Positions 44,993-55,869 of a stretch of DNA of 64,000 nucleotides are shown one piece after another. Location of the stretch: NCBI GenBank assembly GCA_015233655.1, contig JADFXI010000002.1, positions 2,903 to 66,902 on the forward strand. Direction: 5' to 3'. Origin of the DNA: Nitrospirota bacterium (GTDB lineage: Bacteria > Nitrospirota > Thermodesulfovibrionia > Thermodesulfovibrionales > Dissulfurispiraceae). The stretch's first letter is position 1, and each line of letters starts with the position of its first letter. The position numbers were made by a program, and so were the translations under genes. A model generated the notes under the pieces. The model searched no databases. It saw nothing but the letters and a program-made list of their open reading frames with translations, and was not told the origin of the DNA.

Positions 44993-45292
44993 TTAGCATG
45001 AACGGGCTTCGGCATGCAATTTTAGTCCCAGCGCATTAACTACCTTAAGGATCGTATCAAAGCTTGGACTGCGCTCTCCAGAGAGTGCCTTATACAGGCT
45101 TTCGCGAGAAAGACCTGCATCTTGCGCAACTTGTGTCATACCTTTAGCTCGGGCGATGTCGCCCAGCGCCTTTGCAATAAATGCCGCATCGCCATTGGCC
45201 TCTTCGAGGCAAGCCTCAAAATATGCTGCCATTTCTTCCGGAGTCCTTAGATGTTCAGCAACATCATAACGAGTGGTTTTTGTTTTAGCCAT
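44993..45292 (-). CDS. addiction-module antidote protein (HigA-like HTH)
   Basis: YDVAEHLRTPEEMAAYFEA...IAKALGDIARAKGMTQVAQDAGLSRESLYKALS matches the antidote family that pairs with RelE/HigB-like killer proteins. Confidence 0.75.
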   Translation of the reverse strand: MAKTKTTRYDVAEHLRTPEEMAAYFEACLEEANGDAAFIAKALGDIARAKGMTQVAQDAGLSRESLYKALSGERSPSFDTILKVVNALGLKLHAEARSC

Positions 45293-45301
45293 GATTTCCT
45301 C

Positions 45302-45592
45302 CTACAAATTACGCGCAAGGCGTAAAGCTGTTTTAATATCGGTAGGCTGTGAACGTTTATCGCCTCCGGCGAGCAGGATTATGATTGACTGCTTGCGCAC
45401 TGTGTAATACACCCGATAGCCGGGACCGTAATCGATCCGTAATTCACTGACGCCCTCACCAACCGCTTTGACATCTCCAGCATTTCCACCAGCTAATCTC
45501 TCAACTCTTGACAGTATCCTCGCTCTTGCCTGAATATCTTTAAGACTGTCGAGCCACTGGGCGTAATTGTCAGTTTTACGAATTTCATGCAT
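45302..45592 (-). CDS. addiction-module killer protein (RelE/HigB-like)
   Basis: YAQWLDSLKD..ARARILSRVERLAGGNAGDVKAVGEGVSELRIDYGPGYRVYY is the typical killer-protein signature. It lies upstream of the antidote gene. Confidence 0.75.
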   Translation of the reverse strand: MHEIRKTDNYAQWLDSLKDIQARARILSRVERLAGGNAGDVKAVGEGVSELRIDYGPGYRVYYTVRKQSIIILLAGGDKRSQPTDIKTALRLARNL

Positions 45593-45599
45593 AGTTTAT

Positions 45600-45617
45600 T
45601 GTAGCCGACAGGCTACA
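45600..45617. promoter_or_regulatory. palindromic candidate TA operator
   Basis: TGTAGCC-GACA-GGCTACA lies 8 nt upstream of the killer-gene start codon. Confidence 0.35.
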
Positions 45618-45835
45618 TGTTGTCAATATTAGCAACAAAAAAGGGAAGTATTGATTACCGCTTAAAACGAACAGAATTACTACGTAAGTAATGGCGTGGG
45701 GTGCAGGAAGTAATATTGTTCGCTGGAGGCGACCACGGGACGTTTGTTTTGGGTAGTACTCACAATGAACGATTGCAAAAAGGACGTAAATAATATTAAA
45801 TAAAATAAGGTGAGTTCTTCAATTTTCAGAGAGAT

Positions 45836-46147
45836 ATGAAATTATCAAAGCATGGCAAAAGCATTTCAGCAAGCGTTGAAAATATAACCACCTTTGGCAT
45901 TTGGATTTTTGTGAAAGAAAAGGAGTATTTTCTAAGCTATAAAGAATTTCCTTATTTTAAAGATGAGACTTTAAGTTCCATCCAAAATGTACAATTGCTT
46001 CACGGCTATCATTTATACTGGCCTGATTTGAATGTAGATCTGGAAATTGATAATCTTAAAAATCCTGAAAAATACCCCCTCAGAGCAAAGCTGATAAGGA
46101 AGCACCTGAAAAGAAGCTCAAGTAGACGGGCAGTTACCCCTTGCTGA
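45836..46147 (+). CDS. DUF2442 domain protein
   Basis: FGIWIFVKEKEYFLSYKEFPYFKDETLSSIQNVQLLHGYHLYWPDLNVDLEID fits the DUF2442 pattern. Confidence 0.6.
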   Translation: MKLSKHGKSISASVENITTFGIWIFVKEKEYFLSYKEFPYFKDETLSSIQNVQLLHGYHLYWPDLNVDLEIDNLKNPEKYPLRAKLIRKHLKRSSSRRAVTPC

Positions 46148-46192
46148 TTTCCGACAAAAAATATCAAGAAAGGGAACAGCGAGAAATATTTT

Positions 46193-46663
46193 TCAAATTA
46201 CCATTTCCGGTGTTATCATCCACCGCAGTGCCCAAGCCATATTTTCATCTCGCTTAAGGCAAACTATTCCCGCCATCTCGAAGGCCACAAGATTTTTATC
46301 AGCATCGCCACAAAGCAATAAAGATGCAAGTTTGCCGAGCTGAGGCAGGTGCCCGACAAGCATAATATTATCGGCCATCATCTTTAGACGTTCCGCCCAT
46401 ACAGCAGGATCATCATTAGGCTTCAAGCCGCCAGTTTCCGTAAGACCTTTCGCCGGTTTCAAATAGTCGGCAAGCACCTGTGCTGTCTGTTTTGCTCTTA
46501 ACTTAGGACTATGAAATATTTCATTTATGCCGATGTTCAATCCGGATGCGTAAGAGGCCATCTTTGTAATGTCCGCACGCCCCTTTTCACAAAGTGGTCT
46601 CGTCGGATCCGCTTCTTCGCTTGTTGCTTTTGCATGTTGTACAAGGCAAATGAACATATGCAC
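46193..46663 (-). CDS. sixA: phosphohistidine phosphatase SixA
   Basis: LVQHAKA...RPLCEKGR, HSPKLRAKQTA and LVGHLPQL are histidine-phosphatase motifs of SixA size. Confidence 0.7.
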   Translation of the reverse strand: MHMFICLVQHAKATSEEADPTRPLCEKGRADITKMASYASGLNIGINEIFHSPKLRAKQTAQVLADYLKPAKGLTETGGLKPNDDPAVWAERLKMMADNIMLVGHLPQLGKLASLLLCGDADKNLVAFEMAGIVCLKRDENMAWALRWMITPEMVI

Positions 46664-46718
46664 CTTTACGTTAATTATAGCATTCCGGACCTAAACTGAA
46701 GATAATTCTCTTGAAGAC

Positions 46719-47975
46719 TCATTCCTCGATATAGTTCAGGTCCTTATGAAAGGTTTCTTCAAGCCGGTATAGTGAATAGAAGGCGATTGTAATACAGACC
46801 ATGCCTACAATAGCGCCGCCTGTGAGAATGCCGAAATAATTTGTCGCAATCTTAAAGAAAAAAGTGATTGGTACCACCGTGCCACGGATGAAGTTGGGAG
46901 CGGTCGAAGCAACGGTAGCCCGCAGGTTCGTGCCGAACTGTTCCGCAGCTATGGTCACAAAAATCGCCCAGTAGCCGACAGCAAAGCCCATCGCAAAGCA
47001 GCAGAAATAAAAAATGGATGAGGTCACATTATTGAGCCTGAAATATAGAGCTACTATCAAGGTTGCCAAGAGCAGAAAGGCGAGGACGACTTTCTTCCTG
47101 CTCTTGAGTTGCTGGCTCAGATAGCCGCTCCCGAAATCGCCGAATACAAGCCCAAAATAGCAGGACATGACCGCTTCCCCGGCACTGACTGGGCCTCTGA
47201 CAGAAAGTGCCCGGGCGAATTCAGGTGAAAAAGTGATAAGTATTCCGACGCAGTACCAGATAGGCAAGCCTATTAGGATTGAATGAAGATATTTGAAGAA
47301 CCTTTTTTTATTTGTGAATAGGCTTATGAAATTGCCCCTGCTGATACCTTGTTCTTCAACACTCAGGAACATGCGGGACTCGTAAATGCGAATCCTGAGA
47401 AAAAGAAGCAGCAGTCCAAGCCCGCCGCCTATGAAATAGGCGACGCGCCAGTCAAAATGCTTTGCAACGAAGTTGGCTAGAATAGCTCCGGTGACTCCGA
47501 CGGTGGCGACGACCATGGTGCCGTATCCTCGGAACTCGCGCGGAAGCTCCTCTATCACAAGCGTGACACCTGCCCCGAGTTCGCCGGCAAGCCCGATGCC
47601 CGCGATGAATCGGCACAGTGCGTAAGCGCCGATTGAATTAACAAACCCATTTGCGGTATTGGCCAGAGAGTAAAGAAAAATTGAGCCGAATAGGATCTTC
47701 ACCCTGCCTTTCCTGTCACCAAGAATGCCCCAGATGATGCCGCCCAGGAGCATGCCGGCCATCTGCATATTCAAAAGCAATACGCCTTTGTCGAGGAGTT
47801 CCTGCCCATCCAGCCCAATGGCTTTAAGGCTTTGAACACGGACGATGCTGAACAGAATGAGGTCATAAATGTCGACGAAATAGCCCAGGGCAGCCACTAC
47901 CACGGACACCGAAAAGAGTGCCGCGATGATGGGCGTGCCACGCCGGGAGTCTCGCGCAGGTCTTTGTACTGACAA
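46719..47975 (-). CDS. MFS transporter
   Basis: 418 aa with about 12 TM helices and the GDRKGRVK loop motif between TM2 and TM3. Confidence 0.8.
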   Translation of the reverse strand: MSVQRPARDSRRGTPIIAALFSVSVVVAALGYFVDIYDLILFSIVRVQSLKAIGLDGQELLDKGVLLLNMQMAGMLLGGIIWGILGDRKGRVKILFGSIFLYSLANTANGFVNSIGAYALCRFIAGIGLAGELGAGVTLVIEELPREFRGYGTMVVATVGVTGAILANFVAKHFDWRVAYFIGGGLGLLLLFLRIRIYESRMFLSVEEQGISRGNFISLFTNKKRFFKYLHSILIGLPIWYCVGILITFSPEFARALSVRGPVSAGEAVMSCYFGLVFGDFGSGYLSQQLKSRKKVVLAFLLLATLIVALYFRLNNVTSSIFYFCCFAMGFAVGYWAIFVTIAAEQFGTNLRATVASTAPNFIRGTVVPITFFFKIATNYFGILTGGAIVGMVCITIAFYSLYRLEETFHKDLNYIEE

Positions 47976-48079
47976 ATCCGCCTCCTTAACTCAAAATGTA
48001 AAAGATAGTTTAGCAGTTTGCTTTAAGTTTTATGAACAGTGGCCGCAAAAATACCGTTCAATAACTATGATATAATTTT

Positions 48080-48820
48080 TTGATGACTACGCTTGATTTT
48101 TTGCGAGATATCAAAATTCACCAGAGCAAAAAAGGTTATCGCTTTTCGGTCGATGCGCTGCTGCTTGCGTCTTTTGCGGAGAAAAGAGCTGTAAATAAAA
48201 TCGCAGACCTCGGCGCGGGTTCAGGAATTATCGGGCTTCTTATGGCAAGGAAATACCCTCAAGCAAGAGTTGTTATGATTGAGTTGCAGGAGAGCCTCGC
48301 AGAACTTGCTGAGAGAAACATCGAGCTTAATGGTCTAGAAGGAAGGGTCGAGGCAATCAGAATGGATATTAAAGCCCTCTTGCCGGGTAACGGGTTTCGC
48401 TCAACGAGGCTCGATCCCTTGTCCTTCGATCTTGTTGTCTCGAACCCGCCTTACAGGAAGATAAAAACAGGACAGATCAATCCGCGTGATGAAAAGGCGA
48501 TCGCCAGGCATGAAATATCGCTTTCCCTAAAGGATTTGGCAAAGGCGGGCGCGGCGCTGCTGAAACATCACGGAAGGTTGTGCATCATTCATTTGCCTGA
48601 GCGGTTGGCCGAGATTACAGGTGTAATGCGAGACAACGGGCTGGAAGTAAAACGCCTACGGTGTGTACATTCCAAAGTTTCTGCGGAAGCGAGCATGCTG
48701 CTTATTGAGGCGATCAAGGGAGGCAGGACAGGCATGAAGGTCGAGAGGCCGCTCTTTATTTATAACGAAGACGGCAGCTACACTGATGAGATGCTTGAAT
48801 ACTATGGCCACGATAATTAA
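48080..48820 (+). CDS. SAM-dependent methyltransferase, tRNA (adenine-N6) TrmN6/YfiC-like
   Basis: HQSKKGYRFSVDALLLA, SAM-binding DLGAGSGIIGL, and catalytic VVSNPPY. Confidence 0.7.
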   Translation: MMTTLDFLRDIKIHQSKKGYRFSVDALLLASFAEKRAVNKIADLGAGSGIIGLLMARKYPQARVVMIELQESLAELAERNIELNGLEGRVEAIRMDIKALLPGNGFRSTRLDPLSFDLVVSNPPYRKIKTGQINPRDEKAIARHEISLSLKDLAKAGAALLKHHGRLCIIHLPERLAEITGVMRDNGLEVKRLRCVHSKVSAEASMLLIEAIKGGRTGMKVERPLFIYNEDGSYTDEMLEYYGHDN

Positions 48821-48872
48821 GTATAATAAATAGCAGCTCTAATGAACTGGAGAATAAAGAAGGAACGATAGC

Positions 48873-49850
48873 ATGACGGCTTATATTTTAAGACGCCTTT
48901 TGATGATGGTCCCTCTTATTTTCGGGATTACGCTTATCACTTTTATAGTCATACATCTTGCTCCCGGGGGGCCTGTGGAAGTTGAGACAGAGATGTCCCT
49001 GAAGGCCACTGCCCAGGCAAGAGACAACCTGAAGCGTCTTTACGGGCTCGATAAGCCTCTGCACGTTCAGTACATTGAATGGGTGAAAAGGTTTGTCAAA
49101 CTGGACTTCGGTGTGTCTTTCGTGGACGGCAAGAAAGTTACAGACAAAATAAGAGAAAGTGTCGGGGTAACACTGATTATCAATTTGCTTTCGCTCATGC
49201 TGATAGTCATTATTGCGGTCCCCGTCGGAATACTGTCGGCTGTTAAGCAGTATTCTCTCTTCGACAAGATTGTCACGGTATTTGTATTTATAGGTTTTTC
49301 GACTCCGACTTTCTGGCTTGCTTTAATTATGATGATTTTGTTCGGGGTCACTCTCGGACTTCTGCCTATTTCAGGCATCCAAAGCATTGATGTTTCGGGG
49401 ATGGGTTCACTGGGGAGGCTATGGGACTGGACGCGGCATCTAATCATGCCTGTTGGCTTGAGCGCATTTGGTGGTATCGCCGGGTTCAGCAGGTACAGCC
49501 GATCAAGCGTGCTCGAGGTAATAAGGCAGGATTACATAAGGACTGCCAGGGCAAAAGGCCTTAAAGAGACGGAAGTGATTTTCAGGCATGCGGTGAGAAA
49601 TGCTCTATTGCCGATAGTCACAATTCTGGGTCTTTCCGTGCCTGGTCTTATAGGAGGCGCGGTTATATTCGAAACGATATTTGCCATACCTGGGATGGGT
49701 CGGCTATTTTACTCATCGACCATGTCGCGGGATTATCCCACGATAATGGGCATACTTGTCATAGGCGCTATATTAACGCTGCTCGGTAATCTCATTGCCG
49801 ACATATCGTATGCCTTTGTAGACCCCAGGATAAGGGTGCAACAAAAATAG
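48873..49850 (+). CDS. ABC transporter permease, OppB/DppB-type
   Basis: [23 protein letters not shown], and the EAA-like loop [22 protein letters not shown]. Confidence 0.85.
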   Translation: MTAYILRRLLMMVPLIFGITLITFIVIHLAPGGPVEVETEMSLKATAQARDNLKRLYGLDKPLHVQYIEWVKRFVKLDFGVSFVDGKKVTDKIRESVGVTLIINLLSLMLIVIIAVPVGILSAVKQYSLFDKIVTVFVFIGFSTPTFWLALIMMILFGVTLGLLPISGIQSIDVSGMGSLGRLWDWTRHLIMPVGLSAFGGIAGFSRYSRSSVLEVIRQDYIRTARAKGLKETEVIFRHAVRNALLPIVTILGLSVPGLIGGAVIFETIFAIPGMGRLFYSSTMSRDYPTIMGILVIGAILTLLGNLIADISYAFVDPRIRVQQK

Positions 49851-49874
49851 AAAAGTGTGAGGAAAAGATAACCC

Positions 49875-50717
49875 ATGCTTAAAATAATCTGGAGACGATT
49901 CAGGGAAAATCCTTTGTCGGTTACAGGACTGGCCATTATATTAGTGTTGGCAATGGTGGCCGTATTTGCGCCATTTATTGCTCCGTACAAGCCGACTGCT
50001 ATCAATGTATATAATGTGCTGTCACCCCCGGATACCGCTCATCTTTTCGGGACCGATGATCTGGGCAGGGATGTCTTGTCCAGAATGATTTGGGGAAGCC
50101 GGGCTTCGTTGAAGGTGGGATTTTTTGCGGTTGGCATAGCTATAACAATAGGAATAGTTCTTGGTGCCATAGCAGGATTCTACGGTGGTGTGATAGATGG
50201 GTTGATAATGCGGTTTGTCGACATTATGCTCGCCTTTCCCACATTTTTTCTTATACTTGCCGTTATAGCTATTGTGGAGCCCAGTCTCCCCACTATCATG
50301 GCAATTATTGGGGTAACCAGTTGGATGGATGTTGCGCGTCTTGTCAGGGCTGAATTCCTGTCGCTCAAGGAGCGCGATTTCGTATCTTCGGCCAGGGCTA
50401 TTGGAGCGAGTGATTTTCGCATCATCTTCAAGCACATTATTCCGAATGCCCTGTCGCCTGTGTTTGTTTCTGCCACGTTCGGTATAGCGGGGGCCATACT
50501 GATTGAATCAGGCCTGTCATTTCTCGGTCTTGGCGTGCAGCCTCCGGAGCCGAGTTGGGGAAATATATTGACATCAGGCAAGGACAATATTACCGTTGCA
50601 TGGTGGCTTTCGCTTTTCCCGGGGCTCGCTATTCTCGTCACTGTTCTCAGCTATAACCTTGTCGGCGAGGGCTTGCGCGACGCGCTTGACCCGCGCCTCT
50701 GGCAACATGAGAAATAA
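49875..50717 (+). CDS. ABC transporter permease, OppC/DppC-type
   Basis: HLFGTDDLGRDVLSRMIWG, and the EAA loop FVSSARAIGASDFRIIFKHIIPNAL. Confidence 0.85.
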   Translation: MLKIIWRRFRENPLSVTGLAIILVLAMVAVFAPFIAPYKPTAINVYNVLSPPDTAHLFGTDDLGRDVLSRMIWGSRASLKVGFFAVGIAITIGIVLGAIAGFYGGVIDGLIMRFVDIMLAFPTFFLILAVIAIVEPSLPTIMAIIGVTSWMDVARLVRAEFLSLKERDFVSSARAIGASDFRIIFKHIIPNALSPVFVSATFGIAGAILIESGLSFLGLGVQPPEPSWGNILTSGKDNITVAWWLSLFPGLAILVTVLSYNLVGEGLRDALDPRLWQHEK

Positions 50718-50727
50718 GAAATAAGAA

Positions 50728-53556
50728 GTGAAGAACAGCGACCCTGAATCTCACTTGTCTTTTTGTCCTGATCCTGAACGAGCAAGCAATAATATAAACG
50801 AGTTTCTTTCTCAAAACCCTGCATTTGAGAGAGAACTCAAAAATAATATGCACTATTCAGCCATACTGTTTTCATACAGCCAGTTCTTCGCGAATTACTG
50901 CATCCGTTACCCTGAAGCATTATTCAATGCAATCGCCAATCTGGGGATGTCTTTTGAAAAGGAACATCTCAGGAATGAACTTGAGAGCATCTTCAGCACC
51001 TGCGCGTCAATGGATGCCGGCAAGAGTGCGGTGCGTCATTTCAGGAAGCAGAAACTGCTCGTCATAACACTTAAGGACATCCTAAAGATGGCTGACCTCC
51101 AATCAATTATGCTCGACATGAGCAATCTGGGCGACGCTGTATTGGAGGAGTCCCTGTCATATGTTGAAGCTTTCCAGATAAGGCGATATGGGGCGCCGGC
51201 GATCAAAGCATTAACTGTCATCGGACTGGGTAAGCTCGGGGCACAGGAGCTGAACTACAGTTCAGATGTGGACATCATCTTTGTTTACAGGGAAGAGGGA
51301 GAGACTGCCGGAATCCTTGGTATTCAGGGTAGCGTTATCAATAAAATTACGGCGGCTGAATATTACTCGAAGATCGTCGAAGAGCTTTCTCATTTCCTTT
51401 CCGATAATACCGCCGACGGTTTCGCTTACCGGATAGATTTGAGGCTCAGGCCGCAGGGACAGCGCGGCAGCCTGGCCATGTCACTGAGCGCGCACGAGGA
51501 ATATTACGAGTCGTGGGGTCAGTTATGGGAAAGGGCTGCTCTTCTCAGGGCCCGCGTAGTTGCCGGGGACCAAGTCCTGGGCAAAGAATTTCTGGACATG
51601 TTGGAACCCTTTATTTACAGGAAATACCTGGGGTTTGACGCTATTGATGAAATCAGACGCATGAAATCGCAGGTCGAGCATATTAAGTCCGTGACGTTGA
51701 GCAGGGACATAAAAAGAGGCTACGGCGGCATAAGGGAGATTGAATTTTTTATACAAATATTTCAGCTTATTTACGGCGGGAAAGAGGTGCTGCTAAGAGA
51801 GAAAAGCACTTTTCGTTCCCTTCACCGTCTTTTGCAGAAGGGCCTAATAGGTTATGAAGACTTTTCGCATCTTGCCGACAACTATATTTTCCTGAGGACC
51901 CTGGAACACCGGCTCCAGCAGATGAATGACATTCAGACCCATACCATACCAGCGGGAGGGACTGAACTTGACAGTCTCGGCAGGAGGATGGGTTTCGGCA
52001 GCAGCGCGGATTTCCTGGGTGAACTGACGACCAGGAGGCATAATGTGCGCTCAGTCTATGATTCTCTGCTTTTTGTGGGGAATGCCGCCGGGTCGCCATA
52101 TCTCGGCATTTTGAGCGCTGAATTCTGGGACATGGATGTGCCGCTTGAGCAGCCTCTTTCGGAAACCCTTCTCAAGAGGGGAGTGAGAGACACAAAAAAA
52201 GCTATACATTGTCTGATGAAGATCAGGAACACGGTCAATTATTTCCAGACGATACGGGGAAGAAAGCTGCTTGAAGATATTGTGCCTCAGTTTATCGAAG
52301 GGGCCTTGCAGAGTTCCGACGCTGATATCGCGCTGCTCCAGTTGGTTGATTTCGCGCCGCTCATGTCTGCAAAGGAGTCATACCTGGAGACGATAGCACA
52401 GCGTCCGGAATTGATTTCGATCCTTTCATTTGTATTTTCACACAGCGAGTACCTCTCAAAAATCCTTATGAGTAACACTGCGTACATGGACTCACTTGCA
52501 GAAGGAGAAGTACAACGGAAGCGGCTTGCCGGGATGAAAAAAGAACTCGCCCTGCTGGCCGGAACATGCGGCATATCTACCGCAGTCAGGCTCTTCAGGA
52601 GGATGGAAGAACTCAGGCTTGGGATTTTGCTGCTGGACAAACAGATAGACATTCTTGAGTTGATGAAGGCGCTGAGCAATGTTGCAGAGGCTGTTGTGGC
52701 CCTTTTGATGGGAGAGAGCGGCCCTTCGAAACAGGCTGTCTCCGTTATCTGCTACGGGAAGCTGGGCGGGCGGGAAATTACATTTAATTCCGACCTTGAC
52801 GTAGTATTTTTAACGCGCAGCGGGCCGTCTGTTGATGAAGTGAAAGAAGCAGAGCGTATGCTGAAAACCGCCATGTCTTATACAAAGGACGGCATGGCCT
52901 ACAAAATCGATACGCGGCTGCGACCCGAAGGCAGCAAGGGGCCTCTTGTGAGTTCCCTGGACGGCTTGGCGGATTACTATGCTCAACATGCCCACCTGTG
53001 GGAGCTTCAGGCCCTGCTGAAGGCACGCCCTGTCACCGGCGAAAAAACCCTTAAAGCGGCTTTTATGAAGCTGAGAAGGGACGTATTGCTTGAGAAAGGA
53101 GACAGCATTACGTTATCAGAAGTGAGGAAGATGAGTGAAAGGATCTCCAGGGAACTCTCAAAGGAAGCCCCCGCAGCAGGAGCCTTCGACATAAAACGCG
53201 GCAGTGGAGGGCTTGCGGACCTTGAATTTATAGTTCAGTATTTGCAGATGAAACACTGCAGGGATTGTACTGAACTGTTGGCCCAAAATACACTTGATGC
53301 GATACGCCTCTTACGCAAGGCCGGCATATTGACGGATACCGATGCCGGCAAACTCAGGAATGCATATCTTTTTTACCGGATTATCGAAACTATGCTGCGA
53401 CTGAGAAATGAAGCGGTGTTGAAGGTCAGCGGTGCTTCGATGAAGGGTCTGGCAGATGTCATCGGCATTAGAGACGGGGATGTCCCGGCAGTCCTGCGCC
53501 GGAAAAAAGAGTTTGTCAACAGCATGTGGGACAGTCTTGAATCACGGTATAAATAA
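50728..53556 (+). CDS. glnE: bifunctional glutamine synthetase adenylyltransferase / adenylyl-removing enzyme GlnE
   Basis: Two nucleotidyltransferase halves are present: GLGKLGAQELNYSSDVDIIFVY...YRIDLRLRP and CYGKLGGREITFNSDLDVVFL...YKIDTRLRPEG. 942 aa. Confidence 0.85.
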   Translation: MKNSDPESHLSFCPDPERASNNINEFLSQNPAFERELKNNMHYSAILFSYSQFFANYCIRYPEALFNAIANLGMSFEKEHLRNELESIFSTCASMDAGKSAVRHFRKQKLLVITLKDILKMADLQSIMLDMSNLGDAVLEESLSYVEAFQIRRYGAPAIKALTVIGLGKLGAQELNYSSDVDIIFVYREEGETAGILGIQGSVINKITAAEYYSKIVEELSHFLSDNTADGFAYRIDLRLRPQGQRGSLAMSLSAHEEYYESWGQLWERAALLRARVVAGDQVLGKEFLDMLEPFIYRKYLGFDAIDEIRRMKSQVEHIKSVTLSRDIKRGYGGIREIEFFIQIFQLIYGGKEVLLREKSTFRSLHRLLQKGLIGYEDFSHLADNYIFLRTLEHRLQQMNDIQTHTIPAGGTELDSLGRRMGFGSSADFLGELTTRRHNVRSVYDSLLFVGNAAGSPYLGILSAEFWDMDVPLEQPLSETLLKRGVRDTKKAIHCLMKIRNTVNYFQTIRGRKLLEDIVPQFIEGALQSSDADIALLQLVDFAPLMSAKESYLETIAQRPELISILSFVFSHSEYLSKILMSNTAYMDSLAEGEVQRKRLAGMKKELALLAGTCGISTAVRLFRRMEELRLGILLLDKQIDILELMKALSNVAEAVVALLMGESGPSKQAVSVICYGKLGGREITFNSDLDVVFLTRSGPSVDEVKEAERMLKTAMSYTKDGMAYKIDTRLRPEGSKGPLVSSLDGLADYYAQHAHLWELQALLKARPVTGEKTLKAAFMKLRRDVLLEKGDSITLSEVRKMSERISRELSKEAPAAGAFDIKRGSGGLADLEFIVQYLQMKHCRDCTELLAQNTLDAIRLLRKAGILTDTDAGKLRNAYLFYRIIETMLRLRNEAVLKVSGASMKGLADVIGIRDGDVPAVLRRKKEFVNSMWDSLESRYK

Positions 53557-53669
53557 ACCGCATTTTGGTGTTGTATGCTGTTCATAAGAAAAAAAAGACG
53601 CAATTTTGTATAATTGGAAGCGACAAAAAAGCAAAGCTGAACTCTGAAAATCAGGCAAGGAGGTGCGAT

Positions 53670-54197
53670 ATGAGCTCAATGTTGACTACAAGCGATGCAG
53701 TTCAGGTAGTAAAGACCGCAGCCGGTGATGAACTTCTCCAGCTTGTCACTTTTAATCTCGGCAATGAGGAATATGCCGTGGCTATCCTCAAGGTGCAGGA
53801 GATTAACCGCATGAAGGAGATTACCCGCGTGCCTAATTCTCCGGCTTATGTGGAGGGAGTGATAAATCTCAGGGGCAAGGTCATTCCAGTCGTTAATCTC
53901 AGGGACAAGTTCGGTCTGCCTGCAAAAGAAAATAACGAACAGACCCGGATAATGATTATGGACATACAGGGCATTACAATGGGTCTCGTTGTTGATGCCG
54001 TGTCTGAAGTGTTGAGGATACCATCTTCAACAGTCGAACCGACCCCGCCGATGGCATCAAATATCAGCGCTGAATTCATAAAAGGCATTGCCAAAGTGGA
54101 TGACCGTCTGATTATTTTGCTGGACATGGACAGGCTGCTGGGCAAAGCGGAAGAAGCCTCAATGGCTGAGGTAGCCGCGAAAAGTATTGCGAGCTGA
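53670..54197 (+). CDS. cheW: chemotaxis coupling protein CheW
   Basis: [21 protein letters not shown]...[15 protein letters not shown]...IIL.D.D.LL. ATG 53670 after AGGAGG is preferred. Confidence 0.85.
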   Translation: MSSMLTTSDAVQVVKTAAGDELLQLVTFNLGNEEYAVAILKVQEINRMKEITRVPNSPAYVEGVINLRGKVIPVVNLRDKFGLPAKENNEQTRIMIMDIQGITMGLVVDAVSEVLRIPSSTVEPTPPMASNISAEFIKGIAKVDDRLIILLDMDRLLGKAEEASMAEVAAKSIAS

Positions 54198-54235
54198 TAA
54201 TCTGGGAAGGCAATGAAGATGAAGGGGTGCACAAA

Positions 54236-55780
54236 ATGAAAATTGTTACGCAGCTGCGGGTTATTGTTGGTATCCTACTGGTTTTTGCCATTGTAAGTCT
54301 TGGGGCAGTTTTTCTGCAGTTGAGCCGTATGACAGCGGACGGCAATGTTGTTGACTACTCGGGGCGCCAGAGGGCATATTCCCAGCGGATTGCTAAGATG
54401 GTGCTGGCAAAAAACGCCGGTGCTTACAGCGGAGAAAAGATACAGGAGTTTGTTCAGACCCTGGACCGCATTATCAACGGGCTTATTAACGGAGATGCAG
54501 AACTGAAGCTGCCCAAGGCGACTGATGGAAATTTTATCGCCAAAATGCAGGAACTAAAGACGTCATGGGACAAATACAAGGGTTCAATTAACAGGATTGA
54601 AAAAGAAACGGCACTTCTGCCTGAACTATTTCAGAATAGCGAGGATTTTTTAAAGTTGGCCAACGAAGCCACAGCTATTGCCGCGTCTGTGTCAGCGGGA
54701 AAGGTGGCGATGCTGAAAGCATGGGAGGCTGTTTTATTTGTACTGAATCTTTTGATATTGTGTCTTATTTGGTTTATCAGTCAGCAAAAGATATCGGGCC
54801 CGTTGTCTGACTTGAATGAAAAGGTCGAACACATAGCCTCCGGCAACCTGTGCGTTAAAATGGATATCAATAGTGACGATGAGATAGGCATGCTTTCCCG
54901 CAATATGGAGAAGATGGCAGCGTCTTTTTGTTCCATGATAAACGGCATACTTTCCAGTGTTGACGAACTGGCGAGCACTGTTGAAGTGCTCAAGACACGG
55001 GCTGAAAAGACTGCTGAAGGGGCCAAGGAACAATCGGGCCAGGCAAGCCAGATAGCGACCGCGGCAGAGGAGATGAGCCAGACCATTACGGACATTGCCC
55101 GTAATGCGTCAGTGGCGTCGGATACCTCCGCTGATGCGAAAAAAGTGGCTGGAGAGGGCGAGCAAATAGCAGGCAAGGCTGTGGAAACTGTGAACAGGGT
55201 CTATACTGCTACCGTGGAGCTTGCCACAATGGTCGAAAAATTGAACAACAGGGCCGGAGAGATCGGCAATATCGTTACGGTCATTACCGACATTGCCGAC
55301 CAGACCAATTTGCTTGCCCTGAATGCAGCAATAGAGGCAGCGAGGGCCGGCGAGCAGGGCAGGGGGTTTGCTGTTGTTGCAGATGAGGTGAGAAAGCTTG
55401 CGGAGCGAACAATAAAGGCCACTACAGAGATATCCGAAAAAATCGGCGCAGTCCAGTCGGAGTCTGACCAAACTACAAAATCCATGGCTGAGGCATCAAA
55501 CGAGGTGACAAAGGCGACCGAGTTTATAAGGAATGTGGGTAACTCTTTACAGGCCATTCTGGAAGCTGTTCAGAATGTCCGCGACCAGATTACACAGATA
55601 GCTACAGCGGTCGACGAACAGTCCGCGGCTTCTGAAGAAGTTGCCAAAAATATAGAGAAGACATCAAACATTGCTACGGAAATGGAGAAAATGTCCGGGG
55701 ATGTCATGCATCAGGTTACCGTGCTTGTGGACGTATCCAAAAAACTGAAGAATTCCACAGCCGGATTCAGGCTGCATTAA
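54236..55780 (+). CDS. methyl-accepting chemotaxis protein with PilJ/NIT-like sensor and HAMP
   Basis: N-terminal [13 protein letters not shown]-box-like sensor, a second TM helix and HAMP. The signalling hairpin is [40 protein letters not shown]. Confidence 0.85.
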   Translation: MKIVTQLRVIVGILLVFAIVSLGAVFLQLSRMTADGNVVDYSGRQRAYSQRIAKMVLAKNAGAYSGEKIQEFVQTLDRIINGLINGDAELKLPKATDGNFIAKMQELKTSWDKYKGSINRIEKETALLPELFQNSEDFLKLANEATAIAASVSAGKVAMLKAWEAVLFVLNLLILCLIWFISQQKISGPLSDLNEKVEHIASGNLCVKMDINSDDEIGMLSRNMEKMAASFCSMINGILSSVDELASTVEVLKTRAEKTAEGAKEQSGQASQIATAAEEMSQTITDIARNASVASDTSADAKKVAGEGEQIAGKAVETVNRVYTATVELATMVEKLNNRAGEIGNIVTVITDIADQTNLLALNAAIEAARAGEQGRGFAVVADEVRKLAERTIKATTEISEKIGAVQSESDQTTKSMAEASNEVTKATEFIRNVGNSLQAILEAVQNVRDQITQIATAVDEQSAASEEVAKNIEKTSNIATEMEKMSGDVMHQVTVLVDVSKKLKNSTAGFRLH

Positions 55781-55816
55781 CAGCGTTATCACCGCCTGGA
55801 GCTTGCGGACTCAAAA

Positions 55817-55851
55817 TAAAAAAAGGGGACTCGATTGAGTCCCCTTTTTTT
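55817..55851. terminator. bidirectional rho-independent terminator between the MCP gene and glnA
   Basis: AAAAAAAA-GGGGACTC-GATT-GAGTCCCC-TTTTTTT. Confidence 0.7.
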
Positions 55852-55869
55852 GTGTTTTGAAACTGTATT